NCBI GenBank assembly: GCA_009914755.4
Contig: CP086569.2
Location: 14,304,001-14,368,000 of the forward strand
DNA from: the human T2T-CHM13v2.0 reference genome, Homo sapiens
Reading direction: 5' to 3'
DNA length: 64,000 bases
A program made the position numbers and the translations under genes. Shown in pieces: positions 27,530-40,626 of this stretch. The number at the start of each line of letters is the position of its first letter. The stretch's first letter is position 1. A model generated the notes under the pieces. That model was not told the origin of the DNA and searched no databases. It saw only the letters and a list, made by a program, of their open reading frames with translations.

Positions 27530-30465
27530 CAAAAAGAAAACTATGTTCCAGACATCAAAGTGAAAAACAAATTCATGAAATTATAGACTATCAAAAGTAA
27601 TATTATTCCAATGTACTTAAAGAAAACCCAGTATTCAGTGGATGAAAAGACAAAAAACAAACAGGGAGAAAGTAGTCACAAACCACATATCCCACGAAGT
27701 ACTAGTAAATAGAATCAATAAAGAACTCTCAAAACTCAGCAGTTTCAAAACAATTCATTAGAATTTAGGCAAAACACAGACACATATACACATTATCAAA
27801 AAATGCACTAAAGAGGCAAATAAGCACATGAAAAGATGTTTAATATCATTAGTCACAAATAAAATGCTAATTAAAACCACATTCTGCAACTGGCAAGGAA
27901 AATCATTGTTTTAGACTGTGCTCTCCTCTCTCCCAAGCAAGCATAAATACTCTCAGAAAACTTCCCCAGAACCACAGTTTCGAAGGTGAGAGGAGGAAAG
28001 TGGATGTAAACATTCTACATCCTCTACCATCTCAGAATCTTCACAGAAAACACACTTTGGTCCTATCCCACAAGAACTACTAGGAATGCCAGAAAGCCTG
28101 ACCCACCTGGAGTGAACTGGGGACAGACAACAGATTGTGGACCACACTGACTGGTGAAAGAATCCTGGTGAATACTTTGAACTACAAACAGAAGGAGAAA
28201 CACATTAAAGAGACCAGTTGGCACCAAGGTACTACAAGGGGCACAATATGCAGTAAGGTCCAAATTTCTGTTGAGATTTTCCACAGGGCCTCGATATCCA
28301 AAGCAGTCTTTCCCTCGTCTGGAAATGAGCAAAAGGTCAGCATTAAGTTCCAGTAACTATTTAAGTCTTCCCCAGAAGGGGAACATAACAGAGTAGCAAT
28401 TTAGTTTTGCAGCAGCATTTAATATTTTGTGTTCACTGTAAGTTCCCCAAACTAGGAACCACCTACCTACAGGGCAATGAGTTTGTTCCTGTCCAATGTT
28501 TTAGTTCTGGTGGTCACTATGAGTCTTCTCCAAAATGGGAAAAGAAAACAGTCCAGTGTTTATTTGCAATACTAAGTAGTAAAGGTCTAAACCACCAAAG
28601 AACACTTGCAAAAACTGGAAGAGGAGGCTATTTCCTCAAAGGTGCAGCATCTACATAAAGTCACAACGATTGCAGAAACTGAAGGAAACAGATACAACCA
28701 AAAGAAACCAACAATGCTCCAGCAATGTACCCAAAAGAAGTGAAGATCTATAAGATGTCAGATGGAGAATTCAGAATAACCCTCCTGAGGTTCAGATAAT
28801 CACAAGAAAACAGAGAAAGAAAAGTAAATGAAACCTGGACAACAAGCCAGGAAAAAAAAATAAGAAAATTGACACGAATAAATAAAAAAACAAACCAAAC
28901 AGAAATACTAAAAATAAAGAATGCAATAACTGAACAGAAAAAAAAATCAGACACTTTCAAAAGCAGACTTTGAAAAATGAAGGAAGAATTACCAAGCATC
29001 AAGAAAGACCATGTGAAATTACACAAAGGTGCAAAAATAGAGGGCTTACAAGAATTATGGGTAATTATCACATAAAAAAAGCCTCCACATAATAAACATT
29101 CCTGAAAGAGACAGGCCTAGGATGTGTATTTAGGAAAATAATTTCATAATGCTAGAGAAACATGGCACCACCAAGTAAAGAAGCTCAGCAGTAACCAAAT
29201 AAATTCGATCCAAAAACAAAATACACAAGGCACATCAATATCGAATTATCAAAACTCAAAACAAAGCAAAATAATACTCGAAGTGAAGGGAAAAAAGAAA
29301 TATCGCATTCAATAGAGCCCCAATATAACTTTAAGCAAATTTCCCAGCAGAAATCCTGCAGGTTTCTGCAGTAGAGTGAGATGCTATACTCAAAGAGCTT
29401 TGAAAACAACTGCCAACCACAAATACTGTATTCAAAAGGTATCTTTCAAACACGAAAGAAAGAAAAGTCTATCCCAGAAAAACAAAAGCTGAGGAAATTC
29501 AAATACCAAAACTGTCTTAAATGCTTAAAAAAAAAAAGTCTTCAACTTGAAAGAAAAGGAGAGTAATGTGTAAAAGAAAATATCTGAAGGTATTCAGCTC
29601 ATTGGCTTAAAAAAAGGACAAATTCAGAAAAGTCGAACACTGTAATTGCGGTAAATAAACCATTTATCTCAGTATGGACACTAAAATGGAATCAAAACTA
29701 TTGAAAACAATGACAGCTACAACAAGTGAAGTGGCGATATTAAAAGATTAAACTGTAATGTCCAAGATTCAAAATGTGGAGGGCAGGAATATTAAACTGT
29801 AGTTTTTGTAACTTGCCATTTCTTTGCAATCACATAAACTGTTAAAATTACCAAATTTTTTCTGTAAACCTCCTGGCAATCACACAGCAAAAAGCTGTAC
29901 ATGGACACTACAATCAATACTGCAAAATCAAAACATTCTACTAGAGAAAAATCACTTAATTACAAAGGAAGACAGTAAGAGAGAAAAACACAAACGATCT
30001 ACAAAACAACCAGGGAACAAATAATAAAATTGCCTCAAGTTAACCTTTGCCTATCAATAAGAATGCTGACTGTTAAGTTTTTTAAATTATCTAATTAAAA
30101 GACATAGTGGCTGAACAGATTTTTTAAAACACTGAACAATATGCTGTCTACAAGAAACTCACTTCACCTATAAAGATACTCACAGACTGAAACAAAAATA
30201 TAAAAAGACACTCCACAAAAATGGAAAACAAGGAGGCAAGAGTAGCTTTACTTATATTAGGTAAAACACACTTAAAGTCAAGAGTGGGAAAGAAATGTAA
30301 AAAAGGACATTACACAATGACAAGGGTAACAATAAAGCAAGAGAATATAACAATTACGAATATATATGCACCCCAAACTGGAGCACTCAGATTTATGCAA
30401 CAAGTATTAACAGACCTAAAGAGAAAGATCGACTGCCACACAATCATGATTTTCAGCAATGGATA
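27530..30465 (+). mobile_element. L1 sequences (+): an ORF2 3' fragment at 27530-27890, then the 5' part of an older L1 (5'UTR-like, ORF1, ORF2 endonuclease N-terminus) to 30465.
   Basis: ..IQMANKHMKRCSTSL-like at 27780-27890. ORF1-like K/E-rich region at 28650-29600. ORF2 EN motif ..ITITNIYAPQTGALRFMQQVLTDLKRKIDCHTIM.. at 30290-30460. Confidence 0.7.
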
Positions 30466-30469
30466 GATC

Positions 30470-32330
30470 ATTCAAACAGAAAATAAAGAAACATCACAGG
30501 TAAACTGCTCTCTAAACCAAACAGACCTTCTGTAACAGTATATAAGCCTTTCCTTTTTTAACATGTACTTACCAGCATATTTTGCTTTTTGACTTTTTGA
30601 TAATGGCCCTTCTGACTTGGGAAGATGGTATCTTATTGTGGTTTTGATGTGCATTTACCTGATGATTAGTGATGCTGAACATTTTTTCATGTTTCTTGGC
30701 TGCTTACATGTCTTTTTGGAAAATGCCTGTTCATACCCTTTGCCCAAATTTTTATGGGGTTGTATTTTACTTATTGCAATATTTAAGTTCCTTGTAGATC
30801 TCGGGTATTAGCTCATTGTCTGATGCATCGTTTGCAAGTATGTTTTCTCATTCTGTCGGTTGTCTGTTTACTAATTATTTCCTTCGATGTGCAGAAGCTT
30901 TGGATTCTAGTTAAGTCCTGTTTCTCTACGTTTGGTTTTGGTGCATTTGCACTTGCTCATAAATTATTTGTCAGTACAATCTTCAGAAGAGTTTGTCCTA
31001 AGTTTTCTTCTATAATTTTTATAGATACAAGTCTTAGGTTTAGGTCTTTACTTATGTTAATTTTGGTACATGGTGAAAGGTATGGGTACAATTTCACTCC
31101 TCTGTATGTGGCTATCCAATTTTCCCAACACTATTTATTGAATAGGGTGTCATCTTCACAAAGCATACTTTTGTTGACCTTGTCTAATAACAGCTGGTTT
31201 GTAGGTATGTAGTTTTATTCTCGGATTCTTGATTCTGTTCCAGCAACCTAATGTGTCTATTTTTATATAAATACCATGATATTTTGGTTACTGTAGGCTT
31301 AAGGTGTAATTTGAAGTCAGGTAATACGATACCTCCAGCTTTGTTCTTTTTGCTTAGAATTGCTTTGGCTATTTAGGCTTGTTTGATTTCATAATGAATT
31401 TTAAGACTGTTTCTCATTCTGTGAAAAAATAACATGGATAATCTGATAGGGATTGTGTTGAATCTGAAGCCTACTTTGGGCAGTTAGTCATTTTAACAAT
31501 ATTTATTCTTCTAATGCAGGATCATGGGATGTTCTTCCACTTGTTTGTGTCATCTTCTTTCACCAGCATTTCATAGTTCTCCTTACAGAGATCTTTCACC
31601 TCGTTGGTTAAATATATTCCTATATATTTTTTTGTAGCTATTGCAAATGGCAATGCCTTCTTGATTTGATCCTTGGCTAGATCACTACTGTTACACAGAA
31701 ATGCTACTGAATTTTGTTTATTAATTCTGTATCCTGCAACTTTATTGAATGCATTTATCAAATCTAAGAGTTTTTAATTTTCAGAATTTTCTGTACATAA
31801 GAGCGTATCACCAGCAAATCAGGATAATTTCACTTCCTCTTTTCCAATTTGTATATCTTTATTTCTTTTTCTCTTGCATGACTGCTCTGGCACAGACTTC
31901 CAGAACTATTTTAAATAACAGTAGTGAAAGTTGGATCTTTGGTTTGGCCAAACTCCTGGGGAAATGCTTTCAATTCTTTCTCAATAAGTAGGATGTTGGC
32001 TGCGAGTCTGTCATATTCAGCCTTTATTGTGGGTTGAGGTATGTTCCTTCATGTCTAGTTATTAAGGATTTTTAAAATAAAGGGATGCTGAATTTCATTG
32101 AGGGCTTTTTCTACATTTACTGAGAAAATCAAGTTTTTGTCCTTGATTCTGCTTGCATGTGATATATCATACTTACTGACTTGTGTATGGTAAACCATCC
32201 TTGGTTCCCTAGGGTAAATCCCACCTGATCACCATTTATAATTGTTAGATATGAGTTCTAAATTTCTCTTCAAAGAGTCAATATGTCTGTATGTTCAATT
32301 CTTTGCCTTCTACTTTTAAACTTAACTTCC
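30470..32330 (-). mobile_element. L1 (primate-specific, L1PA/PB-like) ORF2 fragment, minus orientation, inserted into/abutting the + L1.
   Basis: The plus strand shows the typical L1 antisense reading (ggtatcttattgtggttttgatgtgcatttacctgatgattagtgatgctgaacattttttcatg...). The ORF at 31522-31761 (minus) gives ..[51 protein letters not shown].. which is the L1 ORF2 RT region. Confidence 0.85.
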
Positions 32331-32355
32331 TCATAAAGCAACCTTTGTGGATCAC

Positions 32356-32535
32356 CTGCTCCACCCTCATTCTGATTACTGCTCCACCCTGACTCATTCT
32401 GATTGCCTGCACCACCCTAACTCATTCCGATTTCCTGCTCCACCCTAACTAATTCCGATTACCTGATCTGCCCTGACTCATTCTCCACCCTGACTCATTT
32501 GATTTCCTGCTCTGCCATAACCATTTTTCCCGCCA
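32356..32535. repeat. Minisatellite: ~26-27 bp unit (ctgctccaccctgactcattctgattg) x ~6-7, imperfect.
   Basis: The period-26/27 direct repeats are directly visible. A TATA-containing LTR-like block follows (..cacccttctataaaagtaaattgcc at ~32690). Confidence 0.8.
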
Positions 32536-32749
32536 AATCATTTACCCTGTCACTCTCTTTAAATTAGCCAATAGGAATTAGTTTTGCCTGTGAGGTCTAA
32601 CCCTAGCCCATAGGGCAGCAGGGGCCATGTGTGTCAGGAATAAGTCCCTTATTCAGGTGTGCACTCACAACTGCTCCATCTGTGAGGGCACACCCTTCTA
32701 TAAAAGTAAATTGCCTTGCTGAGAAGAAAAAAAGAAAATTTTATATTCA

Positions 32750-33355
32750 AGTGCTATTTCTTTTGTGGCACTGAAACTTAACTTATAACATTATCATTTT
32801 AATACATTAATAGATTCATTTTGCTAGTCTTTTGTAGAGGATTTTTGCATTTATGTTCATCAGGAATACTGACCTGTAGTTTCTTCTTGTGCCATTGCCT
32901 GGTTTAAAATCAGAGTGATATTGGCCTCACAGAATGAGTTACAAAGAATTCCCTCCTCCTCATTTTTTTGCAATAGTTTCTGAAAGATTAGTACTAGTTA
33001 TTTTTTGTATGTTTGTCAGATTTTGGCTGTGAATCCATATGATCCTAGGCTTTTTTTGTCAAAAGATTTTGCTATTATTGATTCAATCTTGCTACTCCTT
33101 ACTGTCTGTTCAGAAGTTCTATTTCTTCCTGGTTAAATCTTGGGAGGTTGTGTACCTTGAGGGATTTATCCATTTCCTCCAGGTTTTCTAGTTTGTGAGT
33201 ACACATTCATTCATAACAATCTCTGATGACCTTCTGACCTTTTTTATTTCTGTGTTATCAATTGTGATCTCTTTTATCATCTCTGATTGTGCTTATTTGG
33301 ATCCTCTCTATTCTTTCCTTCATTAGTCTAGCTAGTGGTTTTTATCAATTTTGTT
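32750..33355 (-). mobile_element. L1 ORF2 fragment, minus orientation.
   Basis: Typical L1 antisense sequence (..gaatactgacctgtagtttcttcttgtgccattgcctggtttaaaatcagagtgatattggcctcacagaatgagtt..). Confidence 0.8.
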
Positions 33356-33359
33356 TATA

Positions 33360-33660
33360 AGGCTGGAGTGCAATGTGGCTCATGCCTGTAATACTGGTCC
33401 TTTGGGAGGCCCAGGTGGGCAGATCAATTGTCCTCTAGACCAGCCCAGACAACATGGTGAAACTCCATCTCTAACAAAAATACAAAAAAAAAAAAAAAAT
33501 TAACTGGGCATGGTGGCATGTGCCTGGGGTTTCAGCTATGCAGGAGGCTGAGGTGGAAGGATGGCTTGAGCCTGGGAGAGAGGTGGAGGTTGCAGTGAGC
33601 AGAGTTTGTGCCACTATGCTCCAACCGGGTTGACAGAGGGATTTTTTTTGGTTTATATTT
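33360..33660 (+). mobile_element. Alu (J-like) at the junction between a minus L1 and a plus L1.
   Basis: ggctggagtgcaatggctcatgcctgtaatactggtcctttgggaggcccaggtgggcagatc...gtgccactatgctccaaccgggttgacagagggatttttttt. Confidence 0.9.
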
Positions 33661-33664
33661 TTGA

Positions 33665-34960
33665 ACAGCCTAAAAACATGGCTATTTTGAAAAAATGGTG
33701 TTGACAAACCTTTAACTAGACTAAAAGAAAAGGAAAAAAGACCAATACAAATAAAATAAGAGAGGAAAAAAAAGAGATTATAACTGAAACCACAGAAATT
33801 CAAGGGATCATTCACAGGCTTCTATGAACTGTGTACCAACAACATGGAAAACCTGTAGAAAATAATTAAGTTTTTGGACATATATAATCTACCAAGATTA
33901 AATCATAAAGAGAGAGAAATCCCAAACAGATCCATAAATTGTAGCAAGATTGAAGCAGTAATAAAAAGTCTCCCATTAAAGAAAAGCCAGGACCTGATGA
34001 TTGCACTACAGGATTCTACCAAATATTTTGAGAAGAATTAACATCACTTCTACTCAAGCTACTTCAAAAAAATTAAAGATGAGAGAATTTCTCCAAACTC
34101 ATTCAATGAGGCTAACATCCTGCTATCAAAATCAGAACACAAACACACAGATGCGTGCACACACAAATTTCCCTGATGAACACATCCAAAACTCCTTAAA
34201 AAATACTAGCAAACTGAGTTCTGCAATACTACAAAAAGATCATTCAACATGATCTTTTTCGTCATCATAATCTCCCCAAAAGAGGACTCATCTACTGCAT
34301 GCAGCAATGGTTCAAACAAAAAAAAAAGTAATAAATGTGATTGACGCATCACATTAAAAGAGTCAAGAACAAACACCATGTAACTGCTTTAACAGATACC
34401 AAACGGAGAAATTCAAAGATTTTGTCCTCAAAGATCTGGAAAAAGTCAAGGATGCCCACTTTTATTCAACATAGTGCAGAAAAGTCATAGCCAGAGAAAT
34501 TATGGAAAGAGAAATAAAACCCATTCAAATGATTAAAAAATAATCAAATTATCCTTATTCACAGAAGACGTGAACGTACAGAAAAACCTAAACGCTCCCC
34601 CCAAAATACTGTAGAAATTCATAAACAAATGCAGTTATGTTGCACAAAATGAAATCAACATGTAAAAATTACCATTTACATACAGCAATAGCAAATAACC
34701 TGAAAAAGATCAAGGAAGCAATTCCATTTACAACAGCTCCAAAAATAAAATACCTAGAAATAAATATTACTGAACTCAAAGATTTCCACAATGAAAACTA
34801 AAGGCATTGATGAAGGAAACTGAAAAAGATACACAAAATTAAAAAAATTTCCACATTCACCCAAAATAATCTACAGACTCAATGTAGTGCCTATCAAAAT
34901 ACCAATGACGGTCTTCACAAAAATAGAAAACAAAATTCTAAAATTTGTATACAACCACAA
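33665..34960 (+). mobile_element. L1 ORF2 (RT-domain) fragment, plus orientation.
   Basis: Translation gives ..GFYQIF*EELTSLLLKLLQKN.. / ..NSFNEANILLSKSEHKH.. / ..KITIYIQQ*QIT*KRSRKQFHLQQLQK*NT*K*ILLNSKISTMKTK.. (L1 ORF2 core). Confidence 0.75.
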
Positions 34961-37869
34961 AGATCATGAAGTGTCAGATCAGTCTGGCTCTGCCCAGCAT
35001 TATCCCCCCTCCCATTTCTGAAAATGAAGATGTCAAGGGACCTAGGAATTGTATAACACAATTCACTATTTGAGGAATCCAAGTATTCCCCCTGGGGCAC
35101 AGTTTAGGTATAAACACACTTCCACTACTAACTATCTCCAGCAGTTGCCTACCTATAAGCTCCACCTACAGGCCTGAAGTCCAGGTCACACAGCCAGCTG
35201 CAATCACTGACAACACAAGTGCACAAACACAGGAAGCAGAACATACTACCGATGCTAGTATCACTGCACACACTACACTGACCACCTAGGGGCTCAGAAA
35301 CTCATTTACCCACCCAATCCACTGCTACCACACTGGCATCTAAGAAGTCCACCCAGAGGCCCACCACGTGGTCCACCTGGAATTGCCAATACAGATGCTG
35401 GCAAACAATGTCGTAGGCAAAAGGATGTTAACAACAAGCACACCACTGAGACCAGTGAAACCTGACTACAGGCCTAACTGGCACTGCAGTTTCCAGCAAA
35501 TTTCTCCACAGCCTCCATTAGTAACCACATCCTAGTATACCAAGGAAACCACAGGTACCATTAAGGGTATATACTGCCAAATAAATCAGAGACTTCACTG
35601 CTGCCCTTACCCAGACACAAAGCCAAAGGGCTCTACCCAATCAACATCACAAACCCACCTTCAGGATAAAGTCCCCACACAACAAAAGTAAATTCAATAG
35701 GCAAAAGCAACTGTTATACAGATATCAACCTAAAGACACAGGAAACATGAAAAAGCAAAGAAATATGACACTACTAAAAGAAAACTATAGATTTGAGGCA
35801 AAAAGACATTCAAGATCCTAAAGAAAGAATCTGAATGTTGTTTTCAAGGAAACTCAATGAGACGCAAGAGAAAATTCAAAACCAATATAAAGCACCCAGA
35901 AAAACAATTCAGGATGTGAATGAGGAATTGATAATCAAGGAAAAAGATTTAAAGAAAGCAAAACAAAACAAAAAATTCTGGAATTGAAAATTTCATTAAA
36001 GGAAATATTAAATACATTCAAAAGTTCCAACACTAGACTAAACCAGGCAGAAAAAAAAAATCTCAGTACTTCAGATGGGTCTTTGAAATAATCAATCAAT
36101 CAATCAATAAAATAAAAAGAATGAACAAAGCCTTTGAGACATTTCGGACAACAAAAAGTGACAAAATTTATGGACCACTGCTATCTACGAGCAGAGACAT
36201 CAAAGGGTTTAGCAAACCTATTACAAAATAGTAGATGAAAACGTCCCATGTCTAACAAGAGATTTAGACTTCTAGATACAGACGGCTCAACAATCCACAC
36301 ACAAACAGATAAAACACAAACAGTTCTTTGCAATGACACATTATAATCAAACTCAAAAGGCAAAGTGAAAATGAAACTAAAAACAGGAAGAGAATATCAC
36401 CTGGTCATGTGTAAATAAATCTACATCAAACAAATAGCATGCTTCTGAGTAGAAACTTCACAAGATAGAAGAGAATGGGTATATTCCAAGTACTGAAGGG
36501 AAAAAATCTGAGAAGAAAAATATACCCAGCAAGACTTATCTACATAAATGAAACAAAATCTTCCCTCAAAAAGGAGACGCTGAGAACATTCATCACTAAT
36601 TGCCTAGCCTAACATATGCTTAAAGTAGCCAGAGGCTTGGAAAAGAAAGAATAACATTTACCATCATGAAAACACAAGAAAGTATAAAACTAACTGGTTG
36701 AAGCAATCAAACAAAAAGGAAGTGTGATGAATCAAAGGGAATCATTACAGAATTCCACACTGGCAAACAGACAATAGAAAGAAAATTTCACAGAACTAGA
36801 AAACAATTTACAATATGATAGGAACAAAACCTCACATATCAATAATAACCTAAAATATAGACAGATAAAGTATTCTACTTGAAAAATACAGATTGACTTA
36901 AGAAACTGTATTTTACTTTACTTTTTCAGACAGTCTCACTCTGTAATCCAGGCTGGAATGCAGTGATGTGACTTCAGCTCACTGCCACCCCCACCTCTCA
37001 GGTTAAAACAATTCTCCGGCCTCAGCCTCCCAAGTAGCTGGGACTCAGGCACGCACCACCATACTCAGCTAATTTTTGCATTTTTAGTAGAGATGAGTTT
37101 TCATCATGTTGGCCAGGCTGGTCTCAAACTCCTGGCCTCAAGTGATCTACCCTCCTTGCCCTCCCAACGTAGGCCAGTGCGCCTGGCCTAAGACTGGTTG
37201 AAGAGATTTTAAAACATGATCCAACTAACTGCTGCTTACAAGAAATTTACCTTACATGGAAAGGTTCATATAAACATAGGTATGGCATGGAAAATGATAT
37301 TCAATAAAACCAGAAACCAAAAGTGAGCAAGAGTAGGTATCATTGTATCAGATAAAAGAGACAAGTCAAAAGGATAAAACACACATTAAAAGACATTTTA
37401 TAATGATAACAGAATCAATTTAGCCAGAGGATATAACAATTTTAAATATATGCACCCATCACTCCAGCACTCAGATTCATAAAACAAATATTACTAGACC
37501 CAAAGGGACATATATCTCAATACATTAAGAGTAGGGGAGGGATATCAACGCCTCACTCACAGCATTAAACAAATCATTTAGAGAAATCAACAAAAAGATT
37601 GGACTTAAACTGGACTTCAGGCCAAATGAACATAAAAAATTACAGAACATTCTATCCAACAACTGTAGAACATACATTCTTTTCATCTGCACATGGAACA
37701 TTCTCCAAGACAGACCACATATCAGGATACAAAGAAGTTCTAATACATATTTAAACAATGAAACTATATGAAATAACATCTCAGACCATACTGGAATACA
37801 ACTAGAAATCAATACAAGAGAAATGCTGGAAACTATACAACTACATATAAAACAGCATGGACCTGAATC
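34960..37869 (+). mobile_element. 5' region of a long ancient L1 (5'UTR with acctacagg-type repeats, ORF1, ORF2 endonuclease domain). The Alu at 36915-37190 is inserted. The element is split by the HERV provirus and resumes at 46327.
   Basis: ORF2 EN motifs ..FSAPHGTFSKTDHILGYK.. at 37690-37760. The L1 reading continues in frame across the HERV insertion: ..NSMDLNL | (HERV) | YDHWVNKDINMK.., which corresponds to consensus ..[23 protein letters not shown]. Confidence 0.75.
36915..37190 (-). mobile_element. Alu, minus orientation, inside the L1.
   Basis: cagacagtctcactctgtaatccaggctggaatgcagtgatgtgacttcagctcactgcc...cctcccaacgtaggccagtgcgcctggcc. Confidence 0.9.
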
Positions 37870-38377
37870 TGTGGAAGGAAAATAAAATAAAATAAATAAT
37901 AATAAAGTTGAAAATAATAAACATAACATAGATAATAGTTAACATTAAGTGTGGTTATTTAGAAGTTATACATAGGCTAAGAAATTTAAGCAGCCCCTCC
38001 CAGCATTGCTAACAGGTTGCAGCTGCGAGCTTATCTCAACCTTCCAAGCTTATTGCCTGCCTCCAGACCCCCCGCACATTCCTGTCGTTCCTGTTTTCCC
38101 TTACCCCAGCTCTGTCCAGCTTCGAGCCTGACTGGTCAAGATAACTAAATTGTAAGCTTTCTCAGAATTGTCACAGGTTAAATAATTTACTGTCTTTGTC
38201 TGAAACCGGTATCCTGCCTTGTTTTCCCGCCTCAAACAACATGTAAGCAAGCCTGCATTCTTTGTCAGGGTCGGCAGCCATTTTGGGCGTGAGCCTACTG
38301 GCTCAGGTGCCTCAATTAAAGTTGTTTTTGGTCTCCAAAGGTCTCTTTGTCTTCTTTGGCTGAGTTTTACTGCGACA
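37870..38377 (+). repeat. HERV 5' LTR.
   Basis: Begins TGTGG and ends ...ttttactgcgaCA. It has a TATA-like acatgtaagcaag at ~38240 and a polyadenylation signal attaaag/aataaa-type at ~38316. Confidence 0.9.
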
Positions 38378-38380
38378 TTT

Positions 38381-38398
38381 TGGAGAGTTCGACAAGAG
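38381..38398 (+). promoter_or_regulatory. Primer-binding-site-like sequence TGGAGAGTTCGACAAGAG, 3 nt downstream of the 5' LTR. tRNA identity not assigned.
   Basis: The position and the TGG start are typical of a retroviral PBS. The sequence appears diverged. Confidence 0.5.
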
Positions 38399-39400
38399 GA
38401 GAGAGAGGACAAGCTACTGTCTCCTTTGACTGTGGGACTTGGGCCCCGGGGTCGGGGGAGACCCAGTTCTTAGGCGCGCCGACCGAAGAGTTTTCCAAAA
38501 AAGGGCTGGGTTCTCCCACATCCCAAGGCCCTGCCCCTGATAGCGCAGGAAGGAGACCGCAAGACAACTTTCAGCGCAGTGAAAAGGAATCACGGTAAGA
38601 AAAGAGGGCCCTACAGAGTAAGAAAGGGTGCCTTACAGGGACAGACACAAATCGTGCCCTACCAGGCGGGTGGGGCACTGATCACCACTCAAGGGTTGTC
38701 TATTAGCCTAACCCAGAAGGTGAATGGGGGCGGTGAGGAAAGGACCTCACCACTCATGTGACATTCAGCCCTGAAGCCGGCAGCAGGGTAGAGCCTGCTG
38801 AGCCGGAGGGAGCAAAGAGAAAGTGAAACCGTGAAGTCACCAGTGTGAGTGAACTGTCCCAACTGGGAGTGTGTGGGTACGTGTGAACCCACCCAGGACA
38901 CGAGACAGACTCGTTTCATCTGATGAGGAGTCCTGGGGACAGGAGTTGTGTACGAATGTGTGTGAATGTGGGAGCCTAACTAGGCTCATCAGCTGTGAAG
39001 CGTGGGGGCCGCAAGTCTGTTAGAGTGGACTGTATGCTGTGAGTGAAATGTTGGACCCAGGACGACTAGAGGCGAACTTCCTTTGGGGCTACCGCATACA
39101 GCTGAGGGAGGTGGCCCCACAGTCTAGGTATTGTGGCAGAGAGTAACAAACTCTCCAAAGTCAAGCGGGGTCTGGCGTCTGAAACACCCCCACGAGGGAG
39201 ACAGTCTAATCGGTCCGAAATGAAAGTGAGGGTCATTGCGTCGTGCGGGAAGAAATGGGAGGAAAAGAACCTAAGGAATTAACCCCCACTCCTTTGGAGT
39301 GCATGCTAAAGAATTTCAAGGAGGGATTTTCTGGGGAATATGGAGTAAAGCTGACCCCCGCCAAAGGTTAAGAACTCTTTGTGTAATAGAATAGCCTAGT

Positions 39401-39671
39401 TTGGGCATTGGTTGGCCGCCAGAGGGCACCCTTGTTTGGAAAATCACCAGCAGGGTGTTTCAAATAATAACAGGGGCAACAGATCAGCATGGACACCCAG
39501 ATCAATTTCCATATATTGATTCCTGGTTAAATATAATCCAAAATTGCCCTAAATGGCTAGGAATCTGCATGGCTGAATATTGTAAGACCCTAGTCGCCCG
39601 AACTGGTCCAAAAGGGATCAAAAAGACAGTATCATGCAAGCCTTTAGAGAAGGAAACTAGGAAGCAAAAGA

Positions 39672-39712
<41 letters not shown>

Positions 39713-40454
39713 CTTACAGGCTCCTTTGGAGAAGCTAGAGAATCCTTCTCCATATGCCCTTCTCTACCCATCCTTAGCAAGGCTCAGATAAGAGGAAGGG
39801 CAATTGTCTCCTGAAGAAACAAGCTCAGAAAGTAGCGGGGCATCTCCACAGCAGGAAGAAGCTGCATCCTTGCCACCTAAGACTAGGAGGGAAAAACAGG
39901 ATGAAGAGGCAGGGCAGGGCGTCTTAGGTCCAGTGGTTCCCGAGCTCTGCAAATGCCGCTCAGAGAGACGTGGGCACAAATCTACCTTGATGATCAAGGG
40001 TACAAGGTGGAGAACAAACTTACTCTTATCTCCCCTTCTCCACTACTGACCTTTTAAACTGGAAACATCATAACCCATCATACACAGAAAAGCCACAAGC
40101 AATAATTGATACGAGAATAATCTTTTCGACTCATAGTCCTACCTGGCCAGACTATCAGCAATTATTAGTAGTTTATTTAGCACAGAAGGAAGGCACAGAG
40201 TGGTGCAAGCAGCCCTCCAATGGCTAGAAAACAATGCCCCTGAATGCATAAATGATTCCAGGCAGTATGCGGAAGCTCAGTTCCCTGACACTGATCCAAA
40301 TTGGGTCCCAAACAACCCTGATCATTTAGAATGCCTACAGAGGTATGTGGATGCACTCCTAAATGGGGTAAAGTCAGAGGGAAGAAAAGCAATGAACATA
40401 GGAAAAGTTTCAGAAGTCCTCCAAAAGCCCGATCAGAGTCCCAGCCAGTTCTAA
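39401..40454 (+). pseudogene. HERV gag remnants (MA/p12-like 39401-39814; capsid-like 40200-40454). The (CA)n microsatellite at 39673-39710 is embedded.
   Basis: The capsid-like ORF ends ..VLQKPDQSPSQF, comparable to the gammaretroviral CA motif ..ESPSAFLERL. It is interrupted by stop codons. Confidence 0.7.
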
Positions 40455-40626
40455 GAGCAGCTGTGTGAAACCTACTGGCTCTACATCTGACCCACAGGCA
40501 GCTGATAACCAGAAAATGGTAAATACTGCCTTCGTTAGCCAGTCACAAAGTGACATCAAAAAAAAAGCTCCAAAAATTAGAAGGATTGCCAAAGAGGCAT
40601 GGAGGAACTCCTCAGTGTCTTAATGA

